Source: Spirochaetia bacterium
Lineage (GTDB): Bacteria > Spirochaetota > Spirochaetia > Sphaerochaetales > Sphaerochaetaceae
Reading direction: 5' to 3'
Length of the DNA stretch: 64,000 nt
Assembly (NCBI GenBank): GCA_900769955.1
Contig: CAAGIP010000211.1
Location: 252 to 64,251, forward strand
The number at the start of each line of letters is the position of its first letter. Positions within the stretch are counted from its first letter, which is position 1. The translations under genes were made by a program, and so were the position numbers. Positions 28,890 through 41,749 of this stretch are shown in pieces. The notes under the pieces were generated by a model, which worked only from the letters and a program-made list of their open reading frames with translations, did no database searches and was not told where the DNA came from.

Positions 28890-29930
28890 ATGTTCAGCGG
28901 GAAAAAAGCAGTAATAGGTTCACTTGTTATGGGTGGAGATGCACCGGTAAGGGTACAGACAATGTATGACAGCCGCATTGCAGGTGCGGATATAGATGAA
29001 GTTTTGAGAAAAATCAGGCTGCTTGCGGCAATGGGCTGTGAGCTCATAAGATTCTCATATGTCTCTTCGGCAGACAGGGAAAGCTTTACGCGAATCGTAA
29101 AGGAGTCTCCGATTCCCGTCGTCGCGGATATTCACTTTGACTATAAGCTTGCCATTGAGGCCCTTGAGTGCGGAGCCCCCAAGATCAGGATCAACCCGGG
29201 AAATATCGGGCCTAAGTGGAAAACGGAGGAAGTCGTTAAGGCAGCCCTTGATAAGGGTGCATGCATCAGGATCGGGCTTAACAGTGGATCCCTTCCCAAA
29301 AATGAATGCGGTAAGAGCACGGCATACCTTATGGCCGATACGGCACTTGAGTATCTTTCCTGGTTTGAAGGGTGGGGCTTTACCAACAGTGTGGTTTCAC
29401 TTAAGGCTTCAGATCCGGACATAACACTTGAGGCAAACAGACTATTAAGGAAAGACTGTCCATATCCGATACACCTGGGAGTCACCGAAGCAGGAAGTGC
29501 CGTCACATCGTGCATAAGATCCGCGTGGGCACTTGGAAACCTTCTTAAGGAAGGTATCGGTGATACCATCAGGGTTTCGATAACAGGCTCCATTGAAACC
29601 GAGGTTCAGGCTGCCGTCGAGATCCTCAGGACCCTCGGTCTCAGAAAGGGAGGTGTCAGGATAGTATCATGCCCGCGCTGCGGAAGACACACATTTGACT
29701 CACAGGGCTTCCTTTCGAAAGTTGAACCGAAACTGCTTGCCCTTAATAAGAATATAACTGTTGCCATCATGGGCTGTCAGGTTAACGGCCCCGGAGAGGC
29801 AAAAAATGCCGATGTTGCGGTTACCGGTATCGGAAACAGGATCTTCCTGTACAGAAACGGTGAACTGCTGAGGGATGTGGCTGCGGATGAGGCAGAGCAG
29901 GCCCTCTTTGATACGATAGAGAGTTTATGA
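28890..29930 (+). CDS. ispG: (E)-4-hydroxy-3-methylbut-2-enyl-diphosphate synthase
   Basis: PVVADIHFD, RINPGN, HLGVTEAG, SCPRCGR, MGCQVNGPGEA. Confidence 0.96.
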   Translation: MFSGKKAVIGSLVMGGDAPVRVQTMYDSRIAGADIDEVLRKIRLLAAMGCELIRFSYVSSADRESFTRIVKESPIPVVADIHFDYKLAIEALECGAPKIRINPGNIGPKWKTEEVVKAALDKGACIRIGLNSGSLPKNECGKSTAYLMADTALEYLSWFEGWGFTNSVVSLKASDPDITLEANRLLRKDCPYPIHLGVTEAGSAVTSCIRSAWALGNLLKEGIGDTIRVSITGSIETEVQAAVEILRTLGLRKGGVRIVSCPRCGRHTFDSQGFLSKVEPKLLALNKNITVAIMGCQVNGPGEAKNADVAVTGIGNRIFLYRNGELLRDVAADEAEQALFDTIESL

Positions 29931-32758
29931 ACGATAAAATAGTGATCAGGGGTGCGCGTCAGCACAACCTGAAAAACATTGATCTTGAGCTTCCGAAGAA
30001 CAGTCTCATCGTAATGAGCGGACTCTCAGGTTCCGGAAAGTCATCGCTGGCCTTCGATACGATCTTCGCTGAAGGGCAGCGCCGTTATGTCGAGTCGCTT
30101 TCAGCATATGCCAGACAGTTCCTGGGCAGGCTGGACAAACCGAATGTGGACAGCATCGACGGGCTGTCGCCCGCAATTGCGATAGAACAGAAATCGACAC
30201 ATAAGAATCCGCGCTCAATAGTGGGAACCATCACTGAGATTTATGACTACTACCGTCTGCTCTGGGCCCGATGCGGACATGTCCACTGTCCATCCTGCGG
30301 CAGGGAAATAAGTGAAATGTCGGTTGACCAGATCATAGACATCATATTCAGCCATGAGGAGGGCGGGAGGCTCATCATCACAAGTCCCGTTGCAAGGGGA
30401 AGAAAGGGTGAATTCAGAAAGGTCTTCGATGATGCCATTGCCGCAGGCTACAACCGCTGTATAGTGGATGGAAAGATGTTCATGCTTGAGGATGAAGTTC
30501 CCCAGCTCGACAAACAGTTCAAGCACTCCATTTCAGTTGTCATAGACAGAATGATAAACCGCAAGGAGGACAGGGCAAGACTTGCCGATGCGATCGAGCG
30601 GGCGACTGACATGTCAGACGGACTTGTGGAAGTGGAATATGTAACTGAGGGCAGGAAGGAGCTCTACAGCGAGAAGAACTCATGTCCCGACTGCGGAATA
30701 ACCGTTCCCGAGCTGGAACCCAGGCTTTTTTCCTTCAACAACCCTTATGGCGCATGCCCCGACTGCAACGGACTCGGCTTCAGAAGTGAGTTTGACGTTA
30801 AGAAAATAATTCCCGATCCTTCAAAAAGCTATCTGGAGGGCGGAATCGTCACGCATAACCCGGAGGCGAACTACAGCGGATCATTCATAAAGGCTCTTGC
30901 AAAGGCATATAAATTTGACCTGTCAGTTCCACTGAAGGATTGGCCTGCAGAAGCAAAGAAGGTACTGCTTTACGGCGGAGGGAAACTGCTTAACATAGAA
31001 TATGAGAACGGTAAGAAGACTGCGAAATACCATATGCAGGAGCAGTATCCCGGAATAATAAAGGAACTGGAGAGAAGATATTTCGAGACACAGTCAATGG
31101 CTGTGAGGTCATGGCTTGACACTCTTCGTGTCACGCATGAATGCACGACGTGTCATGGGGACAGACTGAGACGTGAAGCACTGAGTGTATTCGTCGGCGG
31201 AAAGAACATCATGGATGTCACGAAACTCAGTGTCCGCGATTCCATCACGTTCTTCAGGAATCTGGAAATGACCGATACCGAGAAGGAAATTTCACGTGAG
31301 ATAATGAAGGAGATCAACGCGCGTCTTTCATTTCTCATGAATGTCGGACTCGGGTATCTCACGCTTAACAGGGCGAGTGCGACCCTTTCGGGAGGGGAAG
31401 CCCAGCGCATAAGACTTGCAACCCAGATAGGATCTGCGCTTTCAGGAGTGCTTTACGTACTCGATGAGCCCTCAATAGGTCTTCACCAGAGGGATAACGA
31501 GAAGCTCATTTCCACACTGAAAAATCTCAGGGATCTGGGAAACACCGTCATCGTCGTCGAGCATGATGAGGATACTATCAGGGCCGCGGATTACGTTGTG
31601 GATCTCGGCCCGGGAGCCGGCGAGCTCGGAGGTCACGTCACGGCCAAAGGTACACCCGAAGAGGTCTCAGCATGCACAGACAGCGTGACGGGTGCCTTCC
31701 TTTCAGGAAGACTCACGATAGATGTTCCCTCAGCGCGGCGTGAGGGTAACGGCAGGAAACTGATTCTCCATGACTGCACGAGAAACAACCTTAAAAACAT
31801 TACGGCAGAGTTTCCCCTTGGAAAGCTTGTCGTGCTTACAGGGGTCTCCGGAAGCGGCAAGTCGACGCTTCTCAACGAGCTTCTGATACCGTCCGTGAAA
31901 GCGGTCCTTTCAAAGGAAAACGATAAAGCCATCCCGGGCTGCGGAGCACTTGAGGGAGCAGATGCGATCGACAAGGTCATAAACATCGACCAGAGTCCGA
32001 TCGGAAGGACCCCGAGAAGCAATCCGGCAACTTATGTCGGACTCTATACTGCCATCCGTGATCTCTTTGCATCCCTTCCCGAGTCAAAGGCCCGCGGCTT
32101 CAGGCCCGGTCGCTTTTCATTCAATGTCCCGGGAGGAAGGTGCGAGAACTGTCAGGGTGACGGTACGATTAAGATCGAGATGCACTTCCTGCCCGATGTT
32201 TACGTTCCCTGCGATGTCTGCCACGGGAAAAGGTACAATAAGGAAACACTTCAGGTGCAGTATAAGGGTAAGAACATTGCAGATGTACTTGACATGACGG
32301 TACATGAGGCAAGTGAGTTCTTCTCCTCGATTCCGCAGATCAGGACTAAACTCGACACACTGATGAGCGTCGGTCTTGATTACGTGCACCTGGGACAGAG
32401 TGCGCTCACCCTTTCCGGAGGAGAGGCACAGCGGGTGAAGCTATCGCTTGAGCTTTCAAAGCGGAGCACGGGAAAAACCCTGTACGTACTCGATGAACCC
32501 ACTACGGGGCTTCACTTTGCCGATGTCAAAAAACTGCTTGAGGTACTCCAGTCCCTCGTTGATCAGGGAAACAGCGTCCTATTGATCGAGCATAACCTCG
32601 ATGTGATAAAATGTGCTGACCACATCCTGGATCTCGGACCGGAAGGCGGTGACGAAGGCGGCTCAATAGTCGCCTCAGGCACTCCCGAAGAGGTCGCTGC
32701 GTGTGAAAAAAGTTATACGGGAAGGTTCCTGAGGAGGTATCTTGGTCTTGAAGGGTAA
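29927..32758 (+). CDS. uvrA: Excinuclease ABC subunit A
   Basis: Two ABC ATPase modules ([24 protein letters not shown] twice) and Zn fingers. Confidence 0.98.
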   Translation: MNDKIVIRGARQHNLKNIDLELPKNSLIVMSGLSGSGKSSLAFDTIFAEGQRRYVESLSAYARQFLGRLDKPNVDSIDGLSPAIAIEQKSTHKNPRSIVGTITEIYDYYRLLWARCGHVHCPSCGREISEMSVDQIIDIIFSHEEGGRLIITSPVARGRKGEFRKVFDDAIAAGYNRCIVDGKMFMLEDEVPQLDKQFKHSISVVIDRMINRKEDRARLADAIERATDMSDGLVEVEYVTEGRKELYSEKNSCPDCGITVPELEPRLFSFNNPYGACPDCNGLGFRSEFDVKKIIPDPSKSYLEGGIVTHNPEANYSGSFIKALAKAYKFDLSVPLKDWPAEAKKVLLYGGGKLLNIEYENGKKTAKYHMQEQYPGIIKELERRYFETQSMAVRSWLDTLRVTHECTTCHGDRLRREALSVFVGGKNIMDVTKLSVRDSITFFRNLEMTDTEKEISREIMKEINARLSFLMNVGLGYLTLNRASATLSGGEAQRIRLATQIGSALSGVLYVLDEPSIGLHQRDNEKLISTLKNLRDLGNTVIVVEHDEDTIRAADYVVDLGPGAGELGGHVTAKGTPEEVSACTDSVTGAFLSGRLTIDVPSARREGNGRKLILHDCTRNNLKNITAEFPLGKLVVLTGVSGSGKSTLLNELLIPSVKAVLSKENDKAIPGCGALEGADAIDKVINIDQSPIGRTPRSNPATYVGLYTAIRDLFASLPESKARGFRPGRFSFNVPGGRCENCQGDGTIKIEMHFLPDVYVPCDVCHGKRYNKETLQVQYKGKNIADVLDMTVHEASEFFSSIPQIRTKLDTLMSVGLDYVHLGQSALTLSGGEAQRVKLSLELSKRSTGKTLYVLDEPTTGLHFADVKKLLEVLQSLVDQGNSVLLIEHNLDVIKCADHILDLGPEGGDEGGSIVASGTPEEVAACEKSYTGRFLRRYLGLEG

Positions 32759-35700
32759 AAGGCATTTCCTCATATACCTCATCCTGTTACTTACCACGAG
32801 CCTTATGGCAGCCTCGCCTAAGGCCGGGTACATATCGGGTGCGGGACATGATGAGCTTTTATCCATGGCATCTCTTCGCGGCATAGCCACGGACGGTCTT
32901 GATGACGATGCGGTAAGATCCCTTCTCATGACTTATGAAGGCATCAATGAGGAAGAGGCGGATACGGAAGAAGCCGAAGAGCAGGGTGAAGGCTACTCGA
33001 TGAAGATAATATCTGCCGATTCCGTCACCCTGCTTGCAAATTCATGCGTCATGCTTGACGGAGGTGTTTCAGTTTCATTCGCACTTTCAGACGGGAAGAG
33101 TGAAAAAATACTATCTTCCGATTACATGCTGGTAAATCCCGATGTGGGAATGGTTTCTGCCTACGGAAACGTAAAGTATGAGGATAAGGAGAAGGACAGC
33201 GGACTTGGATCCATATCTGCAGATGTGGTCACATACGTTTACTCCGGAGGAGACCTTATCGTCTCAGGCGGAACAACTTATACCGAGCGGACCAACAATG
33301 AAAAGACAAAAATCACATTCAATACTTCCGCATCCCTGCTGAACTACAGGGCTTTGGACGGAGGAATCTTCTTCACTGACGGTTCTATCAATACCGGGAA
33401 ACAGTCACTTTCCTCAATAAAGGCAGATGAAATAGCAATCCTTGACGGAGGAGACATGTTCCTTTCAGGGGCATTCCTCTCTATCGGACGTGTTCCATTG
33501 CTGTACATGCCGTTTTTCTTCTATCCGGGATCAAGACTGTCACTCAATCCCGCATTCGGCTTTTCCTCATCACGCGGTCTCTTCGCCTCCGCAACGATCG
33601 AGCTCTTCGGAACATATCCGGGCTTTAAGAGCAATGAGGATGAATCATCATTCGCTTCCCTCTTAAAGACGGCTGATAAAGGAGACTTAGTCAGTAACGG
33701 TTTATACTACGATACAGAGGAAGGGGAGAAAAGCGGTATTTCAAAGTGGGCATCATCATCGGGAAGCTACATGACGCTCCTTCTTGATGCTTATTCCGAA
33801 GCCGGTCTCCATGCCGGTCTCGACACTCTCATCAAGGCAGGTAAGTTTAAGTATTCAACGGTAAGCGGAATCGCGCTGGCCCCTGCTTCCGCAGCTACCT
33901 ACGACAGAAGCTTCAGATATTACTCCATAAATGAGCTTTCACTGAATCTTTCATCGCTTTCACTCAAGGCAGCCTTTCCATTATATTCCGATCCGAAGGC
34001 ATACAGCGACAACAGCGGAAGACTCACATCATACTCAATTGATTCATTCTTCGGTTCCGAGCAGAAGTTTCCTTCCGGAACATCATCCGTCAGTGACTAT
34101 GAAGCAACACTTGAAGCAAGTGCCTCGCTTCCATCGTCCTGGAAGACAAAAATTATCTCAGAAGCCAGAATATCAACCCTGAGGGCAAGAGCAAAATACA
34201 CATATTCCTCAACGGAAAAGAAATATGTGATGAGTGACATCATTCTTCCCAAGCTGACTGCCTCCGTTTCCGGAACTATCTTCTCACTATCAGGTTCCTA
34301 TGATGAAAGTGAAGGGGAAGAAAAAAAGGCACCTGCCTTTTCAGACTACTTCATCCTTACGGATCCGCTGCTCTTTCCGATGTATGAAACTAAAACTTCA
34401 AAAAGCAATACGGCACAGAAATGCGATGTATCTCTGAAATATACTCTCAGTGAGGAACTGTCGGACAGCTATGACTGGTCTGAAAAGGATAAAAAGACAG
34501 TCAATGAGGTCTTTTCAAACAAGCTTACAGGTAAACTTACCTTCACTGCCTCAGCTACCGGGTTATTCACTCTGACTCAAGCCTTCACTCCGGACTGGTC
34601 GTATACATATAAGGAAAAGAGCTCTGAGGAAAAGAAGAATTCCTTTTATGCCAGAAGCGACACGACGGTGAAACTTCCATTTCTCGGACTGACATATAAT
34701 TTCAATACATATCTGTACCGACTTGATAAGACAGTCACTTCCTCAGCATCGAAGGAAGAAGAGGTTTTATATTCATTTGATAAGGATAATGTGCGCTCCC
34801 ACTCACTTTCCCTTTCAAAGTCATTTGAAACAGTTGCAGGAACATTCAGTCCATCCCTGAAGTACACGCTGCCTCCGCTGACGAGGGCCCTGAATGCAGG
34901 ACTTTCATGGAAGGGCGGGGAACTTACGGCATCGATGAACTGGGAGTTCATGGAAAAGGAGGGCCAGTTCAGAAGCGGGAAGATTAAGTTCAGTTCCGGT
35001 TATCTTGGTAAATACTTCACGTCATCCCTTTCCATGGATTATGACAGCACTGAGTATGACCCGTCTGATTTCCTGAAGCCGCTGGCACTTACGTCATCCC
35101 TGTCCGTAAGAAGCGGGGATAAGAAATATTCATTAACCGAATATATAAAATACGATTATGAATCGGGCGGCAAATATAATAATGTCAATGCGCTGACGAC
35201 CACGCTCGTTACTCCGTACATCGGAGCTGTTTACAATGCAACCGTACTTGAAGGAAAGTTCAGAAGTGATTACGCGGAAGTGACGACTGATATAAGTACC
35301 GGAAAGCGGTATGCCTGGAAGAACAGGATTGTGACCGATTTCTATCTGAAGACGAAGTTCCACTATGCCTTTGAAAACATTTACGGAACAAGCCTTTCAG
35401 TAAAGCTGGGAGTTTCTTTTAAGATACAGGAATTCCTTGCCCTGAATCTTGAGCTTGTAACGAACAACAACTCATTCTACCGCTGCTACGAGGATGACAG
35501 ACTGAGCTTTAATCTGCTATGGCAGGATCTGATGAACAGCTTTGATTTCTTCGGAAACGGACGCTACAATACAGGATTCACCATGGACTCTGTATCCGCG
35601 GAGCTTGTTCACTACATGTCGGACTGGGACTTTTATTGTAAATATTCCGCTTCTATTGTATCATCATCTCAGGGATACGAATGGGTCCCGACTGTAAGCT

Positions 35701-35804
35701 TCTACCTCAAATGGAAGACCATACCGGACCTTAAGGTCGATGAGAACTATAAGAAAACTTCCGGCTCATGGCAGTCAGCCTCAAGTGTCTATGGCAAGAA
35801 ATAA
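32742..35804 (+). CDS. Large outer-membrane protein, probable spirochaetal LptD-like
   Basis: Signal peptide; OstA-like beta region (IGRVPLLYMPFFFYPG, NPAFGFSSSRG); aromatic-rich beta C-terminus; follows uvrA as I recall for Treponema and Borrelia LptD orthologues. Confidence 0.65.
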   Translation: MVLKGKRHFLIYLILLLTTSLMAASPKAGYISGAGHDELLSMASLRGIATDGLDDDAVRSLLMTYEGINEEEADTEEAEEQGEGYSMKIISADSVTLLANSCVMLDGGVSVSFALSDGKSEKILSSDYMLVNPDVGMVSAYGNVKYEDKEKDSGLGSISADVVTYVYSGGDLIVSGGTTYTERTNNEKTKITFNTSASLLNYRALDGGIFFTDGSINTGKQSLSSIKADEIAILDGGDMFLSGAFLSIGRVPLLYMPFFFYPGSRLSLNPAFGFSSSRGLFASATIELFGTYPGFKSNEDESSFASLLKTADKGDLVSNGLYYDTEEGEKSGISKWASSSGSYMTLLLDAYSEAGLHAGLDTLIKAGKFKYSTVSGIALAPASAATYDRSFRYYSINELSLNLSSLSLKAAFPLYSDPKAYSDNSGRLTSYSIDSFFGSEQKFPSGTSSVSDYEATLEASASLPSSWKTKIISEARISTLRARAKYTYSSTEKKYVMSDIILPKLTASVSGTIFSLSGSYDESEGEEKKAPAFSDYFILTDPLLFPMYETKTSKSNTAQKCDVSLKYTLSEELSDSYDWSEKDKKTVNEVFSNKLTGKLTFTASATGLFTLTQAFTPDWSYTYKEKSSEEKKNSFYARSDTTVKLPFLGLTYNFNTYLYRLDKTVTSSASKEEEVLYSFDKDNVRSHSLSLSKSFETVAGTFSPSLKYTLPPLTRALNAGLSWKGGELTASMNWEFMEKEGQFRSGKIKFSSGYLGKYFTSSLSMDYDSTEYDPSDFLKPLALTSSLSVRSGDKKYSLTEYIKYDYESGGKYNNVNALTTTLVTPYIGAVYNATVLEGKFRSDYAEVTTDISTGKRYAWKNRIVTDFYLKTKFHYAFENIYGTSLSVKLGVSFKIQEFLALNLELVTNNNSFYRCYEDDRLSFNLLWQDLMNSFDFFGNGRYNTGFTMDSVSAELVHYMSDWDFYCKYSASIVSSSQGYEWVPTVSFYLKWKTIPDLKVDENYKKTSGSWQSASSVYGKK

Positions 35805-36736
35805 TGCATAACATATACTTTGATGACAGTTCGGTGATGAGCGCCGTTTTAGGGATAAATGACAGGAACATACCGTACCTCGAGCTCCTGCTCGGGACGG
35901 AAATACTGGTAAGGGGAAACTGTCTTTCCTGTGAAGGGTCGGAAGTTTTCCCCTCCCTGATTGCCAGACTCAAGGAGCTGGCTTCAGACAGGAAGGGAGA
36001 ACTCAGTGAAAGTGAGATCTTCATGGAGTACCAGCTGCTCAATGGAGATGTCGTCGCATCTGATGTGTTCCGCCCCAGGGATACCGTAATAGCGGTGAAC
36101 GGAAAGACCGTTTTTCCGAAAAGTGCCAGACAGGCTGAGTTCATCAGGAGTCTTTACGACAATCAGATAAACTTTGCGGTGGGTCCTGCCGGAACGGGAA
36201 AGACCTTCCTTGCGATTGCATATGCACTGATGCTCCTGCTCTCGGGAAAGAAGCAGAAACTCGTGCTTACAAGACCCGTAGTGGAGGCAGGGGAGTCGCT
36301 GGGCTTCCTTCCCGGGGATCTTTCGCAGAAGCTCAATCCATATCTGAAACCGCTTTATGACGCGATGGAGTTCATTCTTACTCCGGCACAGATAAAGAAG
36401 CTCGAGGAAAACGGCTCGATTGAGATAAGTCCCCTGGCATATATGAGAGGCAGAAGCATCAACAGGGCTGTCATTATTCTCGATGAGGCTCAGAATACGA
36501 CAAAAAACCAGATGAAGATGTTTCTTACGAGACTTGGAGAAAACAGTGAGGCAATCATCACGGGAGATGTAACACAGATCGATCTTCCGAAGAAGAGTGA
36601 GAGCGGACTAGTGCATGCACTTGAAATACTTCACGACATAGAGGGACTTAAGGTAACTTCATTTTCCAGATCCGATATTGTCAGGAGCAGAATTGTTAAG
36701 GCGATAATTTCCTGCTATGATGAAAGCACCAGGTGA
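35804..36736 (+). CDS. phoH: PhoH family ATPase
   Basis: GPAGTGKTFLA, RPVVEAGESLGFLPG, LAYMRGRS, LDEAQN; start ATG 35804 overlaps the previous stop. Confidence 0.94.
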   Translation: MHNIYFDDSSVMSAVLGINDRNIPYLELLLGTEILVRGNCLSCEGSEVFPSLIARLKELASDRKGELSESEIFMEYQLLNGDVVASDVFRPRDTVIAVNGKTVFPKSARQAEFIRSLYDNQINFAVGPAGTGKTFLAIAYALMLLLSGKKQKLVLTRPVVEAGESLGFLPGDLSQKLNPYLKPLYDAMEFILTPAQIKKLEENGSIEISPLAYMRGRSINRAVIILDEAQNTTKNQMKMFLTRLGENSEAIITGDVTQIDLPKKSESGLVHALEILHDIEGLKVTSFSRSDIVRSRIVKAIISCYDESTR

Positions 36737-36739
36737 TCA

Positions 36740-38938
36740 GTGATGGAAAGGTACAACAGGGATAAGTTTGAGAAGATTGCTCCGAAGACAAGGACCATAA
36801 TGTGTCTTCTGCTGCTTGCCGTCATTTTCAGCGGGATAATGCTTCCATATCTTGTGAGGGTTGAATCACTCAACAGGATAGTCCTCCAGAAGGATTACGT
36901 TGCGGGTGAGCTTTCCGATGAGGATGTATATGCGCCGTTCAGTCTCACCTTCGTCGATGAATATGCAACAGAGCAGGCGAAGGAAAAGGCCAGAAGGGAC
37001 GTGCTTCCGATTTTCACATATTCACTCTCCCGGACTTACCGTGTTAAGGCTTCCTGCAGTGAACTCATTTCCGCCCTGAAAAACGGCAGCACCTCGACAT
37101 ATGATTTTCTTCTCAAACGTGACGTGACCGACTTCACGCTCTATACCCTTTATAACAGTCTTACTGAAAAGGAAAAAAATCAGGCGCTTATACTTCTCAA
37201 TGACTGTGTCGACTACCTCATCGGAATAGGGGTTTACAAATCTTCCGATATTCTTGAGATAAGCAGTCAGGGATATACCCGTGCAACGTGCCAGCTCCCC
37301 GGCAGGATCGATTACAGCGTGTCTTCCCGTGAGCTTCCCGTTGCATCGCTTTTAAGGGAAGATTCACTCTATGAAAGCTTCCTCGTCTGGCTTGACAGCT
37401 ACTCGCTGGATTTCTCATCTGCAATGCTGCAGTTCATCTACATGGCAGTAAATACCGTCATGGAAAGCAACATGAGCTACGATGTCGTTGAGACTGAACG
37501 CATGAGGGATATAGCGGCCGATGATGTTGAAACCATTACCCACAGGATCGAGGAAGGGGAAATCATCATCAGCAAGGACACGATCGTGACGGAGCAGGCG
37601 CTGAGGACGATCGACAGGATCAACTCCTCCAACGGCGGATTTGACTTCATCAACATGTTCGGTCAGTTGGTTTTCTTTGCCGTAATAACGATTGCCGCTG
37701 TCTACTACTTCTACTCATCGATAAGCAGGCCGTACAGGGTAGTGCAGTACTGCTTTTTATTCCTCATCGGAATCCTTATTACCATAGCATCTACGTATTT
37801 CGTGTACAGATATGTCGATACTCCGTTTCTCGCACAGGCAACTCCGTTCCTGCTCGTTCCGCTTCTTCTCACGCACATCACGAACAAAAAAAGATATGGA
37901 TTCACTGCCGGAATACTCTTCATAAGTTACCTTTCATTCCTGCCTGACAGCTCGATCGTGAAGTTCTTCTACATGGTATTCGTGCTTGAGATATCACTTC
38001 TCTTCGTAAGATTCGGAGTAACGAGACTCGATCTCATCTATCAGGCATTCTATAGTGCGATAGCGGCTATGTTCGTCACGGTCATCTTCCACTTCCTATC
38101 AAATGCATCCTACGTATATCTGCTTACGGAAATGCTCACTATAGTTCTCAATGTCTTTGCCTCATACATGATTCTTTCAGTGGTGCTGCCGCTGCTTGAG
38201 CACTTCATGAACATCCCGACCGTATTCCGCCTCCATGAGCTCTGTCTTGCCGACACACCTGTCCTTCAGAGACTGAGAAGTCAGGCAGTCGGTACGTTCA
38301 ACCACGTCAACAACGTGTCGGACATGGCATACCATGCTGCAAAGGAAATCGGAGTAAACAGTGAGCTGGCAAGGGTGGGTGCCCTCTATCATGACATCGG
38401 TAAGGCCGATCACCCGGAGTACTTCATAGAAAACCAGACTGATAAGAACGTTCATGATGAAATGAAGGTCACACTTTCCGCGGCAGTCATCAAATCCCAT
38501 GTCAAATCAGGAGTGGAAAAGGCCAAGGAAATGGGTCTTCCCCAGGAAGTCATCGACATAATTGACCAGCACCACGGAAATGACGTCATCTCCTACTTCT
38601 ACAATGAAGCCAGGAAGGAAGCTGAAAATGCCACAGTCCCATACACGGTCAATGAAGAGGACTTCAGGTACAACTCCGATATTCCCCAGACACCGGAAGC
38701 CGCGATAGTCATGCTCGCCGACTGTTTCGAAGCAGCATCGAGAACTATCAAGAAGCCAACGACCCAGCGATATGAAAAGCTCATAAGCTCGATCATCTCC
38801 GGAAAGATGTCAAACGGTCAGCTCAACGATTCCAAGCTGACCCTTACCGATCTTGAGAAGATCAAGCAGGTATTCGTGCACGACGCATTCGGCCGTGACC
38901 ACCAGAGAATCGAATACAATAATAAGGAAGATAAGTGA
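36740..38938 (+). CDS. 7TM-HD phosphohydrolase (PgpH-like, putative c-di-AMP phosphodiesterase)
   Basis: Extracytoplasmic domain, multiple TMs, GTFNH, YHDIGK, QHHG, MLADCFEAASR; phoH-HD-ybeY order. Confidence 0.88.
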   Translation: MMERYNRDKFEKIAPKTRTIMCLLLLAVIFSGIMLPYLVRVESLNRIVLQKDYVAGELSDEDVYAPFSLTFVDEYATEQAKEKARRDVLPIFTYSLSRTYRVKASCSELISALKNGSTSTYDFLLKRDVTDFTLYTLYNSLTEKEKNQALILLNDCVDYLIGIGVYKSSDILEISSQGYTRATCQLPGRIDYSVSSRELPVASLLREDSLYESFLVWLDSYSLDFSSAMLQFIYMAVNTVMESNMSYDVVETERMRDIAADDVETITHRIEEGEIIISKDTIVTEQALRTIDRINSSNGGFDFINMFGQLVFFAVITIAAVYYFYSSISRPYRVVQYCFLFLIGILITIASTYFVYRYVDTPFLAQATPFLLVPLLLTHITNKKRYGFTAGILFISYLSFLPDSSIVKFFYMVFVLEISLLFVRFGVTRLDLIYQAFYSAIAAMFVTVIFHFLSNASYVYLLTEMLTIVLNVFASYMILSVVLPLLEHFMNIPTVFRLHELCLADTPVLQRLRSQAVGTFNHVNNVSDMAYHAAKEIGVNSELARVGALYHDIGKADHPEYFIENQTDKNVHDEMKVTLSAAVIKSHVKSGVEKAKEMGLPQEVIDIIDQHHGNDVISYFYNEARKEAENATVPYTVNEEDFRYNSDIPQTPEAAIVMLADCFEAASRTIKKPTTQRYEKLISSIISGKMSNGQLNDSKLTLTDLEKIKQVFVHDAFGRDHQRIEYNNKEDK

Positions 38939-39384
38939 TGTTCGAACTCATTTATGATGATGATTCATTCAGGACCGATGCCCCTGAGGCAGAGGTTTCG
39001 GATATTCTTGAATATACTGAAGAAAAACTTCAGATGAACGGCAGTTTTTCCCTTTCCTTCGTGAACAGCGAAACGATTAAAAACCTCAACAGGGATTACA
39101 GGGATAAGGATGAAGTTACCGATATCCTTACCTTCGCTCAGGATGACGGAGAGGATTTTCCCTGTTTTGCCGATGAAAAGGAATATGGGGACGTGTTCAT
39201 AAACCTGGACAGGATGAAGGAAAATGCAGCTGAATTCGGCTCTTCGGAAAGGGAAGAGCTGTTCAGACTGTGCATCCATGGACTCATGCATCTGACAGGT
39301 CATGACCATGAGACTAATGATTTTGACAAAGAGGAAATGCTCATTGAGCAGGAAAAGCTTCTCAGGGAGTATTTATCCAAGTAA
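38935..39384 (+). CDS. ybeY: rRNA maturation endoribonuclease YbeY
   Basis: LNRDYRDKDEVTDILTF, IHGLMHLTGHDH. Confidence 0.94.
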   Translation: MMFELIYDDDSFRTDAPEAEVSDILEYTEEKLQMNGSFSLSFVNSETIKNLNRDYRDKDEVTDILTFAQDDGEDFPCFADEKEYGDVFINLDRMKENAAEFGSSEREELFRLCIHGLMHLTGHDHETNDFDKEEMLIEQEKLLREYLSK

Positions 39385-39410
39385 ATAAAAGATTATAATC
39401 AGGTAAAACA

Positions 39411-39439
39411 TTGACGTAGTTATTTAGAATCGGTATATT
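39411..39439 (+). promoter_or_regulatory. Sigma70 promoter of the gap operon
   Basis: TTGACG(39411)-17-TATATT(39434); SD AAGGAG downstream. Confidence 0.7.
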
Positions 39440-39451
39440 ATTATCGATTGA

Positions 39452-40489
<1,038 letters not shown>

Positions 40490-40526
40490 TCGATAATACT
40501 CCGGCTTATAGGCCGAGCATGATCAA

Positions 40527-40553
40527 GGCCTGCGTATGCAGGCCATTTTATTT
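40527..40553 (+). terminator. Hairpin / partial terminator between gap and pgk
   Basis: GGCCTGC-GTAT-GCAGGCC followed by ATTTTATTT. Confidence 0.6.
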
Positions 40554-40569
40554 AAAAAGGAATTAAAAA

Positions 40570-41748
40570 ATGGTTCTTAACACAATCAAAGAAGCTGATC
40601 TCAAAGGCAAGAGAGTCGTAATCCGCGTTGATTTCAACGTTCCCGTAAAGGAAGGCGTTGTCAAGGATGCAACCAGAATCAAGGCTGCTCTTCCCACAAT
40701 CAAATACATTCTCGATGAAGGCGCATCAGTCGTCGTGATGTCTCACTTCGGCCGCCCCAAGGGACAGAAGAATCCCGATTTCTCAATGGCTCCGATCGCA
40801 AAGGAATTCGAGAAGCTCCTCGGCAGACCCGTCAAGCTTGCTTCCGATGTCATCGGACCTGAAGTTGAGGCTGAAGTAAAGGCTCTCCAGCCCGGTGAAG
40901 TCCTTCTTCTTGAGAACGTCAGATTCTATAAGGAAGAAGAAGCCAACGATGAAGCATATGCAAAAGCTCTTGCTTCCTACGGTGACATCTACTGCAACGA
41001 TGCATTCGGTACAGCTCACAGGGCTCATGCATCAACAGAAGGTGTTTCCCACTTCCTCCCTGCATATGCCGGTTTCCTCATTGAGAAGGAAGTCAAGTTC
41101 ATGGCTCCTCTTCTTGAGAACCCCGAGAAGCCCTTCGTCGCGGTCATCGGCGGATCCAAGGTTTCTTCAAAGATCACTGTTCTTGAGTCTCTCGTAAAGA
41201 CATGTGACACCATCGTCATCGGCGGCGGCATGGCTTACACATTCCTCAGCGTACTTGGAAAGAAGATCGGTAAGTCACTCTTCGAGCCCGACTATGTCGA
41301 TACGGCAAAGGCATTCCTTGCAAAGGCAGCAGAGAAGGGTGTCAAGGTCATCCTTCCCGTTGACCATGTCTGTGCAGCTGAATTCAGCGAGAACGCAGCT
41401 CCCGTGGCAGTTGACGATGTCAACATTCCCGATGATCTCATGGGTATGGATATCGGTCCCAAGACTGTTGCTCTCATCGTTGAGGAGATTAAGAAGGCTA
41501 AGAGCGTCGTATGGAACGGACCCATGGGTGTATTCGAGTTCGAGGCATTCAGCAAGGGTACAGGTGAAGTCGCAAAGGCTCTCGCAGCAAGCGATGCCAC
41601 AAGCGTCGTAGGCGGCGGTGATTCAGTTGCAGCAATCAACAAGTTCGGTCTTGCAGATAAGATCTCTCATGTATCAACAGGCGGCGGTGCATCCCTCGAG
41701 TTCCTCGAAGGCAAGACACTTCCCGGCATCAAGGCACTGGAGAAATAA
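40570..41748 (+). CDS. pgk: Phosphoglycerate kinase
   Basis: [31 protein letters not shown]. Confidence 0.98.
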   Translation: MVLNTIKEADLKGKRVVIRVDFNVPVKEGVVKDATRIKAALPTIKYILDEGASVVVMSHFGRPKGQKNPDFSMAPIAKEFEKLLGRPVKLASDVIGPEVEAEVKALQPGEVLLLENVRFYKEEEANDEAYAKALASYGDIYCNDAFGTAHRAHASTEGVSHFLPAYAGFLIEKEVKFMAPLLENPEKPFVAVIGGSKVSSKITVLESLVKTCDTIVIGGGMAYTFLSVLGKKIGKSLFEPDYVDTAKAFLAKAAEKGVKVILPVDHVCAAEFSENAAPVAVDDVNIPDDLMGMDIGPKTVALIVEEIKKAKSVVWNGPMGVFEFEAFSKGTGEVAKALAASDATSVVGGGDSVAAINKFGLADKISHVSTGGGASLEFLEGKTLPGIKALEK

Positions 41749-41749
41749 G

